10,268 nt of DNA from a bacterium (GTDB lineage Bacteria > Arandabacterota > Arandabacteria > Arandabacterales > JALGWA01). The DNA lies in contig JASFEA010000114.1 in NCBI GenBank assembly GCA_050125095.1, positions 1 through 10,268 of the forward strand, in the 5' to 3' direction. Each line of letters begins with the position of its first letter. Position 1 is the first letter of the stretch. Positions 1-10,268 of the stretch are shown piece after piece. The notes beneath the pieces were generated by a model that made no database searches, was not told where the DNA came from, and saw only the letters and a program-made list of their open reading frames with translations. The position numbers were made by a program, and so were the translations under genes.

Positions 1-495
<495 letters not shown>

Positions 496-505
496 TTGGC
501 GTCCC

Positions 506-511
506 CCTCCT
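506..511 (-). promoter_or_regulatory. Shine-Dalgarno site of tuf (AGGAGG)
   Basis: Minus strand reads TAGGAGGGGGACGCCAA-ATG; AGGAGG ends 10 nt before the ATG at 495. Confidence 0.85.
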
Positions 512-526
512 ACAGGCGTCCTGCGT

Positions 527-2647
527 TCAAATCATGTCCTCGATTCTCGCCGTCATCTTATCGGCGATCCTGTCCGGAACGACGTCGTACTGCTCGAATT
601 GCATTGTGAAAAGCGCGCGGCCCTGCGTCGCCGACCTCAGGCCCGTGGCGTATCCGAACATCTCGGAGAGCGGCACTGCCGCCCTGGCGACATGCCCGTC
701 GGCGCGAATCAGGCTGCCCATTATCTTGCCACGCCTGGACCGCAAATCGCCTATGACGTCCCCGACATACTCCTCGGGCACGACGACTTCAACGTCCATG
801 ATCGGCTCCAGAAGGACCGGCCTGGCCCTCAGGATCGCGTCGCGAATCGCCATCGCCGATGCTATCTTGTAAGCCACGTCCGTCGCCTCCTGGTCGCGGT
901 ACGACCCGCCGACCAGAGTCACCTTGACGTCGACGACGGGGTAGCCCGCCAGCAACCCGTTCTCGAGCGAGTCATGTACGCCCTGTTCGATGAACGGCAC
1001 GAAGTCCTCGGGAATTGCCTCCGGCTTCGCCTTCGACTCGAACTCGAAGCCCGTGCCTCTTTCCCGCGGCTCAATCTCTATAATCACGTGGCCATACTGG
1101 CCCTTGCCCGCCGCCGCCTTCACGAACTTGCCTTCGGCGCGGGCCCTCTCCGTTATACTCTCCCTGTATGCGACCTGTGGTTTACCGACATTGGCCTTCA
1201 CGTTGAACTCGCGAATCATCCGGTCGACAAGGATCTCGAGATGGAGCTCGCCCATCCCGGAGATAATCGTCTGGCCGGTTTCCTCGTCGATCTTTACCCT
1301 GAATGTCGGGTCCTCCTCCGCGAGCCTGCCGAGCGAACTCTCGAGTTTCTCCTGATCCGCTCTCGTCTTGGGCTCTATAGCCACCATGATGACGGGCTCC
1401 GGGAATGCCATCGATTCGAACATTATCGGGTAGTCGTACTCGCAGAGGGTATCGCCCGTCACCGTCTTCTTTATGCCCACTGCCGCCACGATGTCCCCGG
1501 TCAGCGCATGCTTGAGCTCTTCGCGCTTGTTGGCATGCATAAGCAGAAGCTTGGTGTTCCGCTCCTTATGCCCCCGTGCGTTCCATATGTTCGTGCCCGC
1601 CTTTATTTTGCCCGAGTAAACCCTTAAGTATGTGAGCTTGCCCACATAGGGATCGCTCATGATCTTAAACGCCAGCGCCGAGAAGGGCTCGTCGTCGCTC
1701 GGGCGGCGTGTTTCTTTCTCGCCGGTGTTCGGGTTCACGCCCTCCACCGGCGGTATGTCAATCGGGGACGGCAGGTATTCCACGACTGCGTCAAGGACCT
1801 TCTGTACGCCCTTGTTCTTAAGCGCGGCCCCGCAGAGAACCGGCACGACCTCCGCCCGGAGCGTGCCATTTCGCAGGGCTTTCTTTATGTCGTCATCGCT
1901 AACCTGTTTGCCGTCGAGATACCCGGCCATTGCCTCGTCGTCGAACTCGACGACGGACTCGACCAGCCTCTCTCTCGCAAGGGCCGCCTCATCCCGGTAC
2001 TTTTCGGGAATCTCGGCGACGTCGAATTTCATTCCAAGCGACTCCTCGTCATACATGTAGGCCTTCATCTCGATCAGGTCTATTATGCCCTCGAGTTCGC
2101 GGCCGCTTCCCATGGGCATCTCGATGGGGACGCCGTTCGAGCAAAGCCGTTCTCGTATCATGCCTACGGCCCTCTCGAAGTCGGCACCGATGCGGTCCAT
2201 CTTGTTGATGAAAGCGATCCTGGGCACCCTGTAGCGATCAGCCTGCTTCCAGACCGTCTCTGACTGGGGCTCGACGCCCCCGACTCCGCAGAAGACCACC
2301 ACGACCCCGTCCAGGACGCGCAGCGACCTCTCGACTTCCATCGTGAAGTCCACATGTCCGGGCGTATCTATAATGTTGATGGCGTGATCCCTCCAGAAGC
2401 ACCTGGTAGCGGCCGACGTGATGGTTATGCCGCGCTCTTTCTCTATTTCCATCCAGTCCATCGTGGCCGCGCCGTCGTCGACGTCGCCGGGCCTGTGGAC
2501 CCGCCCGGTGTAATAGAGAATTCTCTCCGTGAGCGTGGTCTTGCCTGCGTCAATATGCGCGGCTATCCCGATGTTTCTCACTTTCTCAAGCGGGATGGTT
2601 CTGTCGTCTGCCAATTTCGTCCCACACTCTTTGGTTAAAGTCGCCAT
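527..2647 (-). CDS. fusA: Elongation factor G family protein (str-operon copy; atypical domain IV, possibly recycling-type EF-G2)
   Basis: 706-aa ORF with [47 protein letters not shown] and [17 protein letters not shown], located between rpsG and tuf. The start is uncertain: ATG at 2647 or in-frame TTG at 2614 (codon 12), which gives a more typical N-terminal length. Confidence 0.97.
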   Translation of the reverse strand: MATLTKECGTKLADDRTIPLEKVRNIGIAAHIDAGKTTLTERILYYTGRVHRPGDVDDGAATMDWMEIEKERGITITSAATRCFWRDHAINIIDTPGHVDFTMEVERSLRVLDGVVVVFCGVGGVEPQSETVWKQADRYRVPRIAFINKMDRIGADFERAVGMIRERLCSNGVPIEMPMGSGRELEGIIDLIEMKAYMYDEESLGMKFDVAEIPEKYRDEAALARERLVESVVEFDDEAMAGYLDGKQVSDDDIKKALRNGTLRAEVVPVLCGAALKNKGVQKVLDAVVEYLPSPIDIPPVEGVNPNTGEKETRRPSDDEPFSALAFKIMSDPYVGKLTYLRVYSGKIKAGTNIWNARGHKERNTKLLLMHANKREELKHALTGDIVAAVGIKKTVTGDTLCEYDYPIMFESMAFPEPVIMVAIEPKTRADQEKLESSLGRLAEEDPTFRVKIDEETGQTIISGMGELHLEILVDRMIREFNVKANVGKPQVAYRESITERARAEGKFVKAAAGKGQYGHVIIEIEPRERGTGFEFESKAKPEAIPEDFVPFIEQGVHDSLENGLLAGYPVVDVKVTLVGGSYRDQEATDVAYKIASAMAIRDAILRARPVLLEPIMDVEVVVPEEYVGDVIGDLRSRRGKIMGSLIRADGHVARAAVPLSEMFGYATGLRSATQGRALFTMQFEQYDVVPDRIADKMTARIEDMI

Positions 2648-2680
2648 CTATACACTCTCAAACACATACCCAACCGCTCA

Positions 2681-3151
2681 TTACCACCTGTAATGCGCGA
2701 AGGCCTTATTGGCCTCGGCCATCCTGTGCGTGTCTTCCTTCTTCTTTATCGCCCCGCCCTCGTTCTTGGACGCCGCTATTAGCTCCGCCGCCAGTTTTTC
2801 CTGCATTGTGTGCTCGCTCCTGGCGCGCGCGTAGCCGATTAACCAGCGGATCGCCAGCGCCGTCTTCCTCTCCAGCCTCACCTCCATGGGGACCTGGTAG
2901 GTTGCTCCGCCGACGCGCCGCGGCCTTACCTCCAGAACAGGCTTCACATTGGTCAGAGCCTGCTTGAAGACCTGTATGCCGGCCTGCCCCGTCCTTTTCT
3001 CGATCATGTCGAGGCTTGAGTAGAAGATCCGCTCCGCAGTACTCTTCTTTCCCTTCGACATCAAGCTGTTGATGAACTTGGTGACGAGAGGGCTGTTGTA
3101 CTTGGGATCCGCCATTACCTCTTTCTTCTTAATGAGTTTTCTTCTCGGCAT
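2681..3151 (-). CDS. rpsG: 30S ribosomal protein S7 (uS7)
   Basis: 156 aa, MPRR...[11 protein letters not shown]...[15 protein letters not shown]...[21 protein letters not shown]. The TAA stop is followed immediately by a second in-frame stop, TGA (2678-2680). Confidence 0.99.
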   Translation of the reverse strand: MPRRKLIKKKEVMADPKYNSPLVTKFINSLMSKGKKSTAERIFYSSLDMIEKRTGQAGIQVFKQALTNVKPVLEVRPRRVGGATYQVPMEVRLERKTALAIRWLIGYARARSEHTMQEKLAAELIAASKNEGGAIKKKEDTHRMAEANKAFAHYRW

Positions 3152-3158
3152 ATTTCGT

Positions 3159-3163
3159 CTCCT
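3159..3163 (-). promoter_or_regulatory. Shine-Dalgarno site of rpsG (AGGAG)
   Basis: Minus strand TAG-ACCC-AGGAG-ACGAAAT-ATG; 7-nt spacer to the ATG at 3151. Confidence 0.85.
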
Positions 3164-3167
3164 GGGT

Positions 3168-3563
3168 CTAGCCGCCTGCAGCCGGGGTCGTGCTCTTCTT
3201 CATCTTGGTGCCGTACTTGGACCTTGACTTCATACGGTCCTCAACGCCGCTGGCGTCAAGGGCGCCCCTTATGATGTGGTAGCGCACACCCGGAAGGTCC
3301 TTGACTCGGCCGCCGCGCACGAGCACGATCGAATGCTCCTGCAGGTTGTGCCCCTCGCCCGGTATATAGGCCGTGACCTCAATGGTATTGGTCAGCCTCA
3401 CACGCGCGACTTTCCTCAGCGCGGAATTGGGCTTCTTGGGCGTCGTCGTGTACACTCTCGTGCAAACGCCGCGCCTCTGCGGGCAGCCCATGAGCGCAGG
3501 GGCCTTCGTCTTGGACTTCTGCACGTCCCTGCCGCGTTTAACTAACTGGCTGATTGTCGGCAA
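3168..3563 (-). CDS. rpsL: 30S ribosomal protein S12 (uS12)
   Basis: 131 aa with a TTG start; MPTISQL...[21 protein letters not shown]...GHNLQEHS...[13 protein letters not shown]...RSKYG. It has a short C-terminal extension (STTPAAGG). Confidence 0.99.
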   Translation of the reverse strand: MPTISQLVKRGRDVQKSKTKAPALMGCPQRRGVCTRVYTTTPKKPNSALRKVARVRLTNTIEVTAYIPGEGHNLQEHSIVLVRGGRVKDLPGVRYHIIRGALDASGVEDRMKSRSKYGTKMKKSTTPAAGG

Positions 3564-3569
3564 ACTTTA

Positions 3570-3576
3570 CACCTCC
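3570..3576 (-). promoter_or_regulatory. Shine-Dalgarno site of rpsL (GGAGGTG)
   Basis: Minus strand TAA-GAACAGT-GGAGGTG-TAAAGT-TTG; strong anti-SD complement with a 6-nt spacer to the TTG at 3563. Confidence 0.9.
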
Positions 3577-3583
3577 ACTGTTC

Positions 3584-7705
<4,122 letters not shown>

Positions 7706-7708
<3 letters not shown>

Positions 7709-7724
7709 GGAGACTACCTCCCTA
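7706..7724 (-). promoter_or_regulatory. rpoC ribosome-binding site (AGGGAGGT, 7716-7723) inside a predicted hairpin that includes the UUG start
   Basis: mRNA UAA-A-UAGGGAGG-UAG-UCUCCUUG. The SD lies 7 nt from the UUG, and UAGGGAGG can pair with UCUCCUUG (8 bp including 3 G-U) around a UAG loop. The SD is clear; formation of the hairpin is a prediction. Confidence 0.7.
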
Positions 7725-7725
7725 T

Positions 7726-10268
<2,543 letters not shown>

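Noticed and set aside
527-2647. fusA as a pseudogene or a TetM/TetO-type ribosomal protection protein
   Set aside because: The ORF is full length and uninterrupted, with intact GTPase motifs, EF-G-specific domains III and V, and the canonical str-operon position. The substitutions are localised.
3152-3167. S7 autoregulatory RNA element between rpsL and rpsG
   Set aside because: The gap is only 16 nt and holds just the SD. The E. coli-type element needs a much longer spacer and is not universal, so its absence is unremarkable.
3285-3445. Possible streptomycin-resistance alleles in rpsL
   Set aside because: PKKPNSA and RVKDLPG are wild type.

Overview
Core housekeeping region with all genes on the minus strand, read 5'->3' as rpoB (5'-truncated) - rpoC - rpsL - rpsG - fusA - tuf (3'-truncated, missed by the ORF track). 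The RNA polymerase genes and the str operon are joined by gaps of only 16-33 nt, with no visible terminator or promoter between them. The genome is GC-rich with GC-skewed third codon positions. The RNAP insertion pattern and motifs suggest a Gram-negative, possibly FCB-related lineage (inference). I found no mobile elements, RNA genes, CRISPR arrays, inteins or frameshifts. The main surprise is the str-operon EF-G. Its GTPase motifs are intact, but all three domain IV tip loops used for tRNA translocation are substituted (KQSGG->KAAAG, GGVIP->PEAIP, YHDVDSS->YRDQEAT). It also carries a GDVDDG motif like the recycling-type EF-G2 proteins (mtEFG2/spdEFG2), and it is the only gene here without a good Shine-Dalgarno. 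A small hairpin that hides both the SD and the UUG start of rpoC directly behind the rpoB stop suggests rpoB-rpoC translational coupling.
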